Origin: Macrostomum lignano
Lineage: Eukaryota
Assembly (NCBI GenBank): GCA_002269645.1
Contig: NIVC01001420.1
Span: 23,576-87,575 of the forward strand
Length of the DNA stretch: 64,000 nt
Reading direction: 5' to 3'
Below the pieces are notes generated by a model, which saw nothing but the letters and a program-made list of their open reading frames with translations, searched no databases and was not told where the DNA came from. Of this stretch, positions 27,772-41,000 are shown piece after piece (position 1 is the stretch's first letter; the number at the start of each line of letters is the position of its first letter). Both the position numbers and the translations under genes were made by a program.

Positions 27772-28199
27772 CGTGAATTATTAGTTGAAATAGCAATTTA
27801 TAAATTTTTCACGTGGGCTTCTTGTCTTAGCAAAGCATGCAATAAATTGGCTTTTCTCATGTCTTACTTGAAATTAAACTGCCTGAAAATCATCACTAGA
27901 AAAGCTGCGTTATAGGTTTGGAGTTTGTGGGTGTTATGAAGTTTTTTTCTGGCTGCTAAATAGGAATCTTACTAAAGTACACGCGTAGATTTAAACCCGA
28001 AGTTTCTAAGAAAAGTTATATTCCAACTTCCAAGCCCGCGCCTTTTTGCAACCGGAAATATGAAGAATAAAGAGATTTTCAACTGTGAAATGTATGATAC
28101 ACTTTCAGCAGCTAAAAATGGAAGCGTCTTTTTTCAGAATATCATCCTCATTCGGTTGCAATAATTGATTACACCTGCACCAATGGGGGGGGCGGATGT

Positions 28200-28378
28200 A
28201 CAACCGACAGCTCAGCCGCAGCTATTGCGCGGCACATCTGAAGGCTGCGTAAGGCTGTTCAGTCCAAGGACTGGGGGGGGGGTCGCTTAAGAACACAAAT
28301 TGTTCCGAGTGGGTCAAGAATCGAACCCCTGACCTTTCAGTCAGTCGTGAGTCCGACGCTCTGACCACTAGGCTACAA
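28200..28378 (-). mobile_element. tRNA-derived SINE
   Basis: Minus strand TAGCCTAGTGG (A box) ... GGTTCGATTCT (B box), followed by a non-tRNA body; no complete cloverleaf. Confidence 0.65.
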
Positions 28379-29001
28379 TCTTTACAAAAACAGGGAACTT
28401 GTGTGACCCTAAATAAACTATGAAAAAAACAAGACAAAATGCTTTGTTTATCGATTTGTAATTAACAGATCGAACCAAAACGTTTATACTTTTTTGAAAA
28501 CAAAAATTAACTTTAAAGAATCGAACAGGATATATATATATATATATATATAATAAAGTGCGAAATTAAAGTCGATTTTGAAAAAAAAAACTTACTTAAA
28601 GTAGTAATAAACAGACAAGTTAGTTTTTATTGCAAAAATTGTGATTAGACAGACTGCTATTGAGAGTAGAATAACTGGTGATAAAAAATTAAATTAACAC
28701 ATTCCGGTTACATGTGAGTTTTATGCGAAAGCTTGAAATGTTCTCATAGCATATTGCACAGTGGGAAACAGATTATTGGCAGATTATTAATACAGAAAGT
28801 TGCTTTTGCATTGCAATAATAATCGTAGAAAAAGTACTTTAATTTTATACTACGATTCTTATGTACATTTTTTCGAGTACTTCTGGGGAGGACTCTTAGG
28901 GACTTTAGGGCTATATAAAATTTACTAATCTAGGTTAACTAATCAAGATCTATATAGAAACACATTGATGTCTAATAGTAGTCAGTAGTGACAAGTTAAA
29001 T

Positions 29002-32000
29002 TTAATTATCAACTCCAGCTTGGGTCATTAGTTCCGCAACATTGCGCTCGATATCGTCAATTCTGGTGCCCATCTCGTCCATGCGGCTGCTGATCTGATC
29101 AGACATTTCTTGGAATCGCTGCTGCATCTGTTCCAGTGAGTTCTGGATCTACAAAAAACATTTAATCACACAAATATAGCAAAAAGAAAAAAGTTTTATA
29201 CACTTTTTATAATCTGTATTAACCTTATTTTATAGTTATTTTTAACCTTTTCATTAATCAATGCTACTATCGTTAGGTAAATTTGTTTTTTTACAAATGC
29301 CTCATTACTATAACCACAAAAATTATATGGGAATTAATTTAATAAACCTTCTCTTAATAAAAAACCACCCTGACACATGGATGTGTCAGAACATAGGTAG
29401 GTACCCATCTCAAGTAGGTACCCAAGTAGCTATAGTCATAATTTAATAAACCAAATAAACTATAAGCAGCAACCTAGGGGCTATGGTAGACCACATCCTA
29501 CATGGATAGACATCAATTTATGTATTCATATAGAGGCCTACTTTAAAATGTTTAAAATCATTAAACTGAGAAATTATCAACTTCAAACTGCCTGTCTCTG
29601 TTGTTTAGGGAATAACAAAAATGTAATAAAAGGTTAAATATGAGCATACAAAGGCAATTTTAATTTTAAAACCTGACTAAACTTTGCCATGAATTTAGTC
29701 AAAAACAGTAGTAAAACACTTTGAAGATCAATCTGCATAATATGGATATAAAGCAATCAAATCAAATTGCCTTGCTATCTATTAAATTACATAAAAAATC
29801 TTTCATCTTTCTTAGTTCAATCACATCAAGTCAATTTTACCATGTTTTTAGGGGTCAGACATGATTTATATTTGTGATCACAATTTTATGAATTCAAAAC
29901 AGCAACTTTTTATGAATGTGTGATTACTAAATTTACTATTCACTGGTTTTGAGGTAGGGAACTTGATGCTTCCTTTTTATTTTAATTATAACTTTCCTAT
30001 TAGATTTACAAAGATAAAAATATGAACATGAATATGTAAAACTATAATAAAGTTTATTTAACAATATTGCCAATCCAACATATTAAAAGAAAATTAATTA
30101 TTAAGTTAAGTAAACAATGAGACTGCATTGTCTTTTTTATGATCATAATGATTATCATGCCTGGATAAAAAAAGTTACTTTCTTTTTCACATCTAATTAA
30201 ATATTTCAAGCTTGACTATCCCCTATTTGAGCTAGCTCATCTGATTAACATTAGTGGGTATATGTCACGCACAAACTTGTCTAATACACAATGAAGTTGT
30301 TAGATAGATCTAGTAAGGCAAACAAACTACTTGATAATATCTATAACCATTTTTATACAAAGTATGGTACCAAGCATGAATAAACTTCCAAGCCAAAGAG
30401 TGCTCTAATTAGCTGGAGAATGCAAATCTGGTCATTAGCAAGATTTGTGAGACTATTGTCTTATCTGCCACTGCAAAACAAGGTGATCAAAGCTCTTCAG
30501 ATAGGACCATACTGAGGATTACAAACTCTATGAGCACAATTATTGTAGTCAATGACCTACATAAGCTATGGTTGGAAGTCACTAGGCTGCAAGTCTTGAA
30601 CCTGGAGGCAAAGCTAAAAAAGCAAGAAACAATCCAACTAATTTTTGTTTTGTTTGAGTAGTGCCACATACTTGTTATTATCAAAATTAGGATGCAGTGC
30701 ATATTGCATCCTATATAGCAACTTAGCAAATTGTTCCTAAAGTGGCTTTCTAATGACTTAGAAGTTAGTAAAGTACAAAAGATACAACAATGAAATTATT
30801 TGGCAATGTAGCAAAGGACAATTAATAAAAAAGAAGGCTAAAGAGCTGCATGCTTGTAGGCATTTTAAGTGGCAAACCAGCCTAGCCATAGTGGAAAAAT
30901 GAAGTTACTGATTGAGAATGAAAATTGATAAAAATCTGAATGTCTAATCTGCCTATCTAAGCACACCTCACCCAGGATTGCTTTTACAAGCTCGAAATTT
31001 CATAACCTCGAAACCAGTTACTTTTATAAGCTCAAAATTTCATAAACTTGAAATTTCACAACCTCAAAAACCATTTTAGCAGCCGACTTAACAAGTTCAA
31101 AATTTCATATCCCCAAAAATTTTAGCAAGTAATTTCACAAGCTCAAAATTTCACAACCTTGAAAACTATTTTAGCAGCCAACTTCACAAGCTCAAAATTT
31201 CACAACCTCAAAAATTGAAATTCACCTGCTAAAATGGTTTTTGAGGTTGTGTAATTTCAAGCTTATGAAGTCACTTGCTAAAATTTTTGAGGATATGAAA
31301 TTTTGAGCTTATGAAGTTTCTGGTTTGTGAAAGTGGCTGCTAGAAATGTTTTTGAGGTTGTGAAATTTTGAGCTTATGAAGTTGGCTGCTAAAATTTTTG
31401 AGGTTGTGAAATTTTGAGCTTATGAAGTTTAGGGTTTGTGAAAGGAAATACTTTTCAAGGCTGTGAAATTTTGAGCTTGTGAAGCGACCCCCTCACCCAA
31501 GACACACAAGGAACACAATGATTTAGTCCAGTTTTTGGCCTGCCAGCCTATAAATTGAACCCACCTGACTGCAAAGAAGCCCCATATTTTTAATAACTAT
31601 AGACCATTATGAAGACCAGTATTAAGAGCTATGCACAAAATTGAATATAAAGAATGGATAATAATGACAATATTGATAAATTCCTACAAGATCTTCTAGA
31701 AGACAGTGCTTTGAAAGAGCAACAAGAGCAAGAGCAAGAGCAACAAGAACAGTGAGAGAACAATGCCCCTTTAAGGCAGCCAACTTGCCTGAAGCTTTCA
31801 AGTGAGGATTCTACCACCAAGTGCCAAGGCCAAGTAGGGCATTGCCTACAACAAATTCAAACCAGCCCTGTGAACTGGAGAAAAAAGGGCCACTCTATTA
31901 GAATGACAGGCCACTTTACCAATTCTATAGGAAGTCACCAATTGACTCCAGTGCATGCTTCAAGCTGATACCCAGCCAATGCAGCATTAGTGGATCAACA

Positions 32001-35000
32001 TAGAGCTATGACTTCTAAGGTTTTAATTACTGAACATTGAACATTTTATAGTATGCTTATTTTTCTTTTGTGTGTCTTAAACTTTTATTCAACTGTTCAC
32101 TTATGCACTGCATTGCATTATGCCTTCTAGTGCTAACTCAGAGAGGCTTTTTAGTGCAGAAAATCTCATTGTGACCAAGAAATGCAATTGTTTGAGCCTT
32201 AAGTCAGCATAGTGCTTTCTTTTTATTAATGCAAACATTGGAAACAATCTTTAATAAGTCTTATATTTTTATAAGTGTTTTACCCTTTTGTTTTTCTAAG
32301 TTAGGCTATTTTCATAGTAGATTTTTCCCTAATTAGGGTAGCCACTGAACTAAGGGCTTGTTCACAATTCAAAATCAAGATTGTACATTTTTGTTCAGCT
32401 TCATTAAATCATTTAATAAATTTACACCAAAATGTGTCTTTTGATGGCGATATGAACAAATTTATAAAATGTGAATAGCCAAACAAATATCTCTGTAACC
32501 TTTTGATTTAAAAGCTTTTATTTATGCCATTTTGTGTTTTTTGTGCCATGTCTGATGATTGATATGCCATAGCTGGTAGCTACATTCAATTTCATATATT
32601 TCTTTTTCAAAGTTGCAACTTGCAATGCTGCTATCATGGCTTCTTTCCATGTGTAATTTTTTGTGCAAAAAAAAAGCCAATGGCAAATGTTTTTCATTAA
32701 CTTATTTTCTTAAAAGTTTATCTTAATATAAACAAGTGAGGTAGCACTAATAATATTCTACTCATTTCTTAGGAAGTTGATTTTGTATGTGATGCCAAAT
32801 TAAGTTTCTTTTGTTATACTGAATGAATAAATATTCGAATTATTTTTTTGTTTTAATGTGTGAAAGAAAATCTACTATATATAGGAGCAATTTTTGCAGC
32901 AAAATAAGGAGCCCATTCATGAGCTAAAAGTCTCTAGTGGTTTAATACAAATACTCAGAGTTCAAAGTGAAGTTACCAATACAAGACTGCTCAGGCTATC
33001 TAATATATAAGATGCTACCTAGACACTACTAGAATTAGACACCAGATGCTACCAGAATTAGGCACCAGATACTCTAGAAATAGACATCAGATGCTACCAG
33101 AATTGTACATAAAATGCTACCTAGAAATGTACTAAACCAACTGATTCTAAGAAAATAATTAGACACATTAGTAGTAGAACAACTTAGTGGCTAATTGGTG
33201 CAATTGCTTTAGAGGATAGAAGCGACATACCTATGAATACAACAACTTTTGTGGCATAACAGTAAGATTTATAGAGACAGAGATAAACATATATTATACA
33301 AGTTTTGAAAACTTTCAATATTTTCTTTTATTAAAAAATGTTATAATATCATGTAACAATTCATAGTAGAAGTAGAACTAAACTTCCAATCTAAGTCTAT
33401 TCCTTTTAAATTGTTTTTGCTAGATACTAGACAGATATAGTATAAGTATAAGCCTGTGATAGATAGAATCTTGTTAGTCAATTTATATGTGGTGGCTCCT
33501 TTCAGGGACCCTTGGCTCCAATCCTTGCAGCCACCATCAATCATAGCATTAAAGCCTGGGCCTCTGCCCTGCATAGGGACAGATAACAAACCTCACAACC
33601 TGCCACCAATCATGTGTGATGGTCCCTTGTCCATCTTGGAAACTCTGAACTGTCCTCTTAAACCAAAGCAAGAAGGACACCCGAGCTCTTGCTATGACCC
33701 TCATAGGTCATGGCTGCTTTGCTAAGCATTTCTTTTCCTGGGGCAACATCCAGAATGAATTGTGCCCTTTTTGCAAGTACGACAACAAAGATGCTTAGCA
33801 TTTTGTTTGTCAATGCCCATTCTTCACCAGGGAATGGCTAAATCATCTTGGTCCAAACCTATCTATTGATAATATAAATGTTTGTAGACCTGAGAATATC
33901 TTGCGGCTTATCCAGTTCCTTCAGGCAACTAGACAAGCCTCTTTCTTCCCTAATGAAGAAAATGCTACAGGATATACTGGTGGACTACCCTGATTGGCCC
34001 TGCATTATTGCTGAAGTGGGTGACCAGGATTTAGCAGAATGGGCAACTCTTGCTTTCCTGCTACAAGTCAAGTAAGTCAAGGCACTAATAAGATTATTAA
34101 TTAGATGATAAGACATTTTTGTAACTTTAAAGAGCTAGTTATTTCACCATTTGCCTTATATTTTTTGCTTACATTTGATAACATATTCAGATATTTGGAG
34201 TTAGATTCAGAATTTTTTTGTACACTTGGATTTTGTTTCAAAAACTTGCAAAAATCTACATTTGGTTTATCACTAATATTATGGCTTTTTTATTAAATAT
34301 GTTAACATTGCATTTTCTATTCAAATATAAGTTTTACCAGTATTTTTCAAATGGAAAATATTGATTTTTGTGTTGTTTTTTTTAAAAATTTTTTAGCACA
34401 TAGTGTAAGTAGACTTATTTGATAGGAATATCTTTGAGACATAATGCAAGCAAACTTTTTTGATAGGATTTTTTTGGCACATGGCATAATCAAACTTTTT
34501 AAAGGATTTCTTTTGGCATAGGCACACCATGATCTTGACTATCTTGATCTTGACTAAATGTATTAGGCATATATCAGAATATACCAAAAAAATTGGTCAT
34601 TTTTTGGGATATATATAGACTGTTTTAAATTATAGCATAGGCTTATAGCATATAAAATAACTAAATTCTGAACTTTAAAGAAGCTTTAAGAATCTATTAC
34701 ATTGTAATACATAAATTATAGTAATAGCAGCATAATACTACTCTTGTAAGCATAAACACAAATCTATATATGTTTACCTTGGTGTCTAAAGACCTGAACC
34801 TGAATGCCCATGCCTAACTGCATCTGCTCAATTATGGCTTCAACCTTATTTCTAGAATTGAGGACTGAGATTAAGTATTTCTTTTAAAAAATTGCCTCAA
34901 AATTATTGAAGAAATGACTAATAGAGGTTGGACAGGATTGAAATCTTTAGGTAGGATTGGGATTAGAAATAATTTTTTCTTGGGATTGGGACTGGGATTC

Positions 35001-36078
35001 AGGAATTGGGATCAGGTCTTTTAGTATATTATAGTTTGTAGGTCCCTATAAAGTTAAACAAAATTGAATAAAAATGTTAAGATCACAACAAAATCAATGC
35101 AAAGTTTTGTAACTAATAAAGTAATAATATAATGAGTACAAGTAAAAACAAAATACATATAAGTAATCACTAACTCTAAAAAAATTTAATCAAAAGATCC
35201 ATTCCTGATTCTTATGTTTTTTAGGGTTGGAAATATGGGATCCTAGTTGTACTTATCCTAGAAGTCTTATTTTTCAACTTTCAAGAGCAATCCTTTGCTT
35301 TAGGGAGCCATATTTCATATCTTTGATCATTTGATTACAAAAAATATTCATTATTACAATTATAATTACAATTTTTATTTTTATTTTTCTACTTCTTTTT
35401 ATTTTGTTTTTAAGTTTAATCATACATGCCCAACCTAAAAATTTTACCCATCTAGTGTGACTTAGTTTTGTCCAGATTTATGACTTGGTTCCCCCAATTG
35501 CAACTTAATTTTCACTTTTAAATTATTTTTAATTACTTTTAATTATTTTTAAATTTCTTGCTTTTTTTCTCTTTTTTTCTTTTTCTTACTTTCTTCTTTC
35601 TCCTCTCTTTTTTCCCTTTCTTTTCCTTCTCTTTTCCTTTCCTTTTTTCTTCCTCTACTTTTTGTTTTTTGCATTTTAAATTTTGCGACTTACCTTGGCC
35701 GGCAGTTATTTTACCTGTCTAGTTTGGACAGGTAAGATGGGTATTAAGCTTGGTTTAAGACCAAGATAGCCACAACTTTGAATCTCTCTGGCTTTGCTTT
35801 TTTTTACTAGGCCTATTAATTAGTACTAAAATAGCTATTGTTATATTAATGATTATGTTTTATCACTCATATTCATAAATATTGACAATAAAAATAGATT
35901 TGAAATATTTACCTATAATACAAAAAAATTATTCTTTTTCAATGTTTTTGCCAATTGATTTCCTTATCATTATATTTATCAAATCTATCATTATCAGTTT
36001 ATCAAGAAACTATTGCTACTGGTAATGTTATGTAATAATTATGATAAATATACGTAATGTAATAATATGTAATAATTA

Positions 36079-36122
<44 letters not shown>

Positions 36123-37339
36123 TAGGCTACTTGCTTTATGTAGTGAATAAATATCAATAGGTCAAGCTACATAAATGTCTATATGTCAGGCTACAATAAA
36201 AGCTAAAGCCAAGTCAAGGCAAAGGGAATGTTTATATTATTAATATAATTCCAATATAGCATCTTATAGTGTCTAGTTTCCTAATTACTACCAATAGGAG
36301 ATGTGTAAAATATATAGATCTAGGCTTGATATTATTGATTTAGACATTTTGAGCTGTGGCTATCTTGGTGTGTGGCCATCTTAGAGCCTTTTCATATCGC
36401 TGGTTTGAAAAACGGAACTGGTTCCGAACTGGTTTGATGCTCTTCAAATTGATGGTTCGAAAAACAGAATCAGTTCTGGAACATAGTTCTGGTTCTGGAA
36501 TATGGTTTGAGAAATTTTCTCAAACCATTGTCATGTTTACACTTTAACAGTAAAGTATATTTGAAATCATCAATTTTTTACTATTGTTAAATAATTATTC
36601 TGTTTTTTGTCATATCCAAGAGGAAACAAATTCAAAGAACGACAAAATTAAATTGTAAAGACTGTCAAACATAGAATTGGTTCGAAGCTCTTCATTTCAC
36701 ACTGGTTCTGGTTCTAGAACTCGAATCTATTCTGGTTCTAGAACCGATTGCTGTGAAGAGGCTCTTGGTCATGCACCATGGCATTGAGCATATATGATTT
36801 TAATGAACTAGGCAAGCAATAGCAATAGCTAAAGATATAAGTTAGCCTACTGCAATAATGCATATGTTTACAATTAGAAAAACTTTGTTTTAATAATTAA
36901 ATTCCATTGGTGCTATTTTATCAAACTAGGCCTAGGCTTAATCTAGAATGCTTAATATAAGTCTAGCTAGCTGGACTTAGCTGAGCTAGCTATTTCAATT
37001 TAATTTCAAAATCATGCACCTTTCTATTAATTGACAAAAGGACAAATGGTTTGATGAAAAAGCCCTTATCACAAAATTTCCTGGAACCTTATAGTGGGCC
37101 CTGATTTTTAGATCTGGATCTGGTAAGCTAGGGGCCTGCCTACTGAATGTATACAACATATAGGCGGGATATAGCCCTATTATAGCCTAATAAAAAGCAA
37201 AATGTAAATTTTTACATACAAGCTAAGAAGTACTTACATATGCATTTAATTCTGCGACATTTTTAGGATCAGTAGATGCAGCGCCTGAGCCTAATTTTTG
37301 GGCTGGATTTTCGCGCGAGTGATTAGTTGTTGAAGCCAT
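29002..37339 (-). CDS. HSBP1: Heat shock factor binding protein 1, 2 coding exons, 82 aa
   Basis: Exon 1 37339-37238 (MASTTNHSRENPAQKLGSGAASTDPKNVAELNAY|gtaagt). Exon 2 29148-29002 (ttttgtag|IQNSLEQMQQRFQEMSDQISSRMDEMGTRIDDIERNVAELMTQAGVDN*). Matches the HSBP1 DPK..QQMQ..FQ.MSDQI..R.D.M..RIDD.E.N.A.LMTQAG pattern. Not in the ORF track. Confidence 0.93.
30975..31490. mobile_element. 516-bp foldback/MULE-type MITE (decayed)
   Basis: Perfect 9-bp TSD CCTCACCCA (30966-30974 and 31491-31499). Arms built of AAGCTCAAAATTTCACAACCTC subrepeats in inverted orientation. Termini GGATTGC / GCGACCC. Confidence 0.85.
35421..35755. mobile_element. Decayed relative of the CATACATGC(G/C)CAAC hAT MITE family
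   Basis: Left TIR CATACATGCCCAAC, internal GCGACTTACC, degenerate right end; similar to 46421-46755 and to the reverse complement of 10055-10351. Confidence 0.7.
36383..36765. mobile_element. MITE with AGAGCC(T/C)TTTCA-like TIRs (possibly Harbinger type)
   Basis: AGAGCCTTTTCATATCGCTGGTT ... AACCGATTGCTGTGAAGAGGCTCT; internal GGTTCT/AGAACC modules. Confidence 0.55.
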
Positions 37340-38066
37340 TTGTGGTTTTAAATTTTGATTTGATTTGTATTACTATTAATCTTGATGAATAGCCTACTAT
37401 AATATAAGAATAAAAACTTTACTTTAACTTAAAAATTATAGTTATTGAAGACGTGAAAAGTTGAAATCATACGAGATTTGGCGAAAAAAACAAAACACCA
37501 CCTAAATAATACACTGGGTGAAATGAAACAATTTATAATTCTGAAAAAGTCGCCCTTTGAATTTTCGTTTTTTTGGTAGACTTTTAAAACAAAAAAATAT
37601 TTTTAACCTTATAAGACTTGAGGGTAAACTACTATAAAATTCTAATTACTTTTAAAATACTTTAAAATTTTAAGGACGTTACCTTGTTATTGTGGACCTT
37701 TCTATAAAAGCCTTTATCTTGATTGCTTTGAAGGTTATTTTATTGATTTTTTTAATATTGTGCCTGCCCCTGTGCTGTGCCTGTTGTTGTATCTTTGTAT
37801 CAATAATTTCAATAAATCTGAGTATTTTCAAACCTAAAGTTCGTAGAGGAAAACATTACTTTACAAATGATCTGGTGAACTCAAATTTCTTCCTGACTTG
37901 ACTTGACCCAACTGAAACTTAAATAAAGCACGTTGGATCTTGTGCTAGCCAGCATGCCATGGCTGGCAAGCTAAAAAATTAAATCATTGTGTTGTCATGG
38001 GAAAGAAAGAATAACTATATACCTTTCACTCGAAGTAGTGAATTATTAGTTTTTATCCTATTTAAA
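37340..38066. promoter_or_regulatory. Putative bidirectional promoter between HSBP1 and MAPK15
   Basis: 727 bp between divergent ATGs; CpGs are locally retained relative to the flanks. No TSS data. Confidence 0.55.
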
Positions 38067-41000
38067 ATGCCTATGGCAAGTGCTATAGCTGAAATAGAAG
38101 ACCACATTCTTAAAAAATATGAAATAAGAAAGAGACTTGGAAAAGGGGTAAGAAATGTGGACACCTTAAACTAACACAACTGATTTCCTTTCAATTATTT
38201 AAAAAATAAATAAACTAAAGTCTATAAGTGATTTTAATTCAAAGAAAGTTATCAAAATGATTATAAGCCTATTATATATTATTTTTGCTACTTAAGGGCA
38301 AGGCTAAATAGGCCTATATTATTTATTTAGCTCTAACTAAGTAAGATTAAGGTTAGATTAAGGGCTAATAATTAATAGTAGAAATTTTAGTTTAGTTTTA
38401 GCTTTAGAGTATCTAGCGGGCAATTCCATATAATTATGGTCGTAACATGACAGGCTATTTTTACTTATAAAATGAAATCTAATAATAGAATACACTAAAC
38501 CAATATTTTAAATGAAAGATTTTTTTGTCAAGAATATTTTTATAGAGTTTCATGTAGATATCATCATTAATATAGATGCTATTAAACCTTGAATGGCACT
38601 TCTGGTCGTAACGATAGGATTTTTGACAGATAGAAACTAAAAGGTAAAAGTCTTATAACATTTTTCATTTTTGATATTTTGCAATAAATTTTTTAAAATT
38701 CGACTAAGAACATCTTCAGAAATCATACTCTTTTTGTAGAATATATAAACTCAAAAAGGCAACAAAGATACAAAAGAAAAGGCAGCCTTATGGTCATAAC
38801 ATTCTGGTCGTAACATATTTTGTTCTGTCAATTCAGTAACTTAGAGGTACCAATATATTAAAAATATAATTGATTATTTGTTCATCAATACTTTTATCTG
38901 ATGATGCAAGTACTATACTTTTATCTATAGTTTGTTTCAACCTTCCAAAGCTTTCTATTTGTTTTTAAAAGGTTCACAAACTTAATGATGTCTTTTGCTT
39001 AAAAAACTGTCCAAATTTTTACAAAAATTACTTTTTGCCACTTGATAACATACTAATCTAACATTTTATCATTCATTTATTCTTAGATTGTAGATGTTAC
39101 ACATAAAAAACATTTGGTAAAAAAATTGGCTAATCAGGCAGTGGCAAGCAAAAATATTGACTTTTTTCTATTTTCCAAATATGTCCATCTTATATGGAAT
39201 GAGCCTAGCCTATGTCTCTTTATCACTATTATTTTGTCTATATTATATAATATTATACAATACTAGTTTAAATACAAGTAAACAATCTATATATATATAC
39301 AAGCTGTTGAAACCCGCAGATTTTGAACCCGGGGAATTTCAATCCCGGAACTATTTTTCCATGTATTCTGAAATCTGAGGCCATACTCAAACAAAAACTT
39401 ATTAATAGTTAGTAGGATAGAGGTAGACATCAAATGGAGTACATTCATGTAAAATTAGAATTTAAGCAAACATTGATCTTGTTGGCAAGGGTGCTTTTTA
39501 GGCAGTTAATGTCTGTCTGACTCTAAAACATGTATTAGCAAACTCTGGCCTCTGCCTCTGACTCTCCCTACGTCCCTTGGATCCTTTGAAACTTCTATCT
39601 TCTCTTCTGTTTCCTCTCTTCTCTCTTGTCTCTCCTCTCTGCTCTCTCTCCTCTCCTCTCTTCTTTTTTTCCTCTCTCTTCTCTCCTCTCTTCTCTCGTA
39701 TCTTCCCTCATTTCTCTTCTTTTTCATCTCTCTTATCTCATCTCTTCTTTTCTTTTCTCTTTCCTCTCCTCCTACTCTTCTCTCATCTTTTTCTTCACCT
39801 CTCTTCTCTCACATCTTTATTTGCTCTCTGATCTCTCCTTTCTCTTCTCTCTCTTCTCTTTTATCTCTTTTCATTTCTCTCTGCTTCTCCCCTCTCTCTC
39901 TCTGCTTCTCCCCTCTCTCTCTGCTTCCCCCTCTCTCTCTCTGCTTCCCCCCTCTCTCTTATCTCTCCTCTCCTATCTTTCTTCTCCTCTCTACTCTCTC
40001 CCTTCCATTCTCCTCTTTTCTCTCCTCTCGCCTCACTCACTTCTCTCTCCCTTTGTCTCTCCTCTCGTCTCTGTAATCTCTTCTCTCTTCTCTCTCCTCT
40101 GTTCTCTCTACTCTCCCATCTCTCGTCTATTCATTTTCATCTTTGCTCTCAGCTCATCCTGCCTCTTTCATCTGTCATCTTTACTGCCTTATATGTTCTC
40201 TCATTCTGTCCTCTGTACTCTTTTCTTTCATCTCTTTTGTCTCCTTACTTTCCTTTCTCCTTTCTTCTCTTCTCTTCTCTTCCCTCTTCTATATACTCTC
40301 TCCCTCTCTCGTCTCGTCTCTTCTCTCTCCACTCTCCTCCTTTATCTCTCATCTCTCATTTCTCATCTCTCCTTATACCTCTCTCATCTGTACAACTTTA
40401 TCTCTTCTCTCTTCCATTTACTCTCTCATCTCTCCTTTCTCCTCTTTACTAACTCCTCTCTGCTCTTCTCTCTGCTCTCCTCTCATCTGCAGCTCTCTAC
40501 TCTCTCCTCTCTACTTGCTCCTCTAGTCTCTCCTCTCCACTCGCTACTCTACTCTCTACTCTCTCCTCTCTACTCGCTCCTCTACTCTCTCCTCTCTACT
40601 CGCTCCTCTACTCTCTCCTCTCTACTCGCTCCTTTACTCTCTCCTCTCTACTCGCTCCTCTACTCTCTCCTCTCTACTCGCTCCTCTACTCTCTCCTCTC
40701 TCCTCTCATTGTCCTCACTCTCTCATCTCTCCAATTATCTTTTATCTTTTCTCTTATTCCCTCTCTCACCTCTCCTCTCTTTTCGAATAGTCTATTCCTT
40801 CTCTCCACTCTCAACTGCCCCCTCAGCCATAAGCTAGATTCTTTTCTGGCCTTTGAGGTAAAAGTCTGCCCATCCCTGCTTGGAAAGCCAGTTTGTGGGA
40901 CGTAGTACACTCATGGCTAGTCTCAAGCTTTGATCACGTCATCTTTTTTGCCAATTTGCAGCCCTGAAAGGAATTTGTGTATCTTCAGCTCCACTGCAGT

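Noticed and set aside
36700-36750. Heat-shock elements (GTTCTAGAAC) in the HSBP1 intron, and GAAGTTCTCGAACTTC at 295
   Set aside because: Only two nGAAn units, and the former is part of a MITE; below a functional HSE.
39577-40837. 403-aa Leu/Ser ORF
   Set aside because: Stop-free by composition (CT tract); lies inside MAPK15 intron 1.
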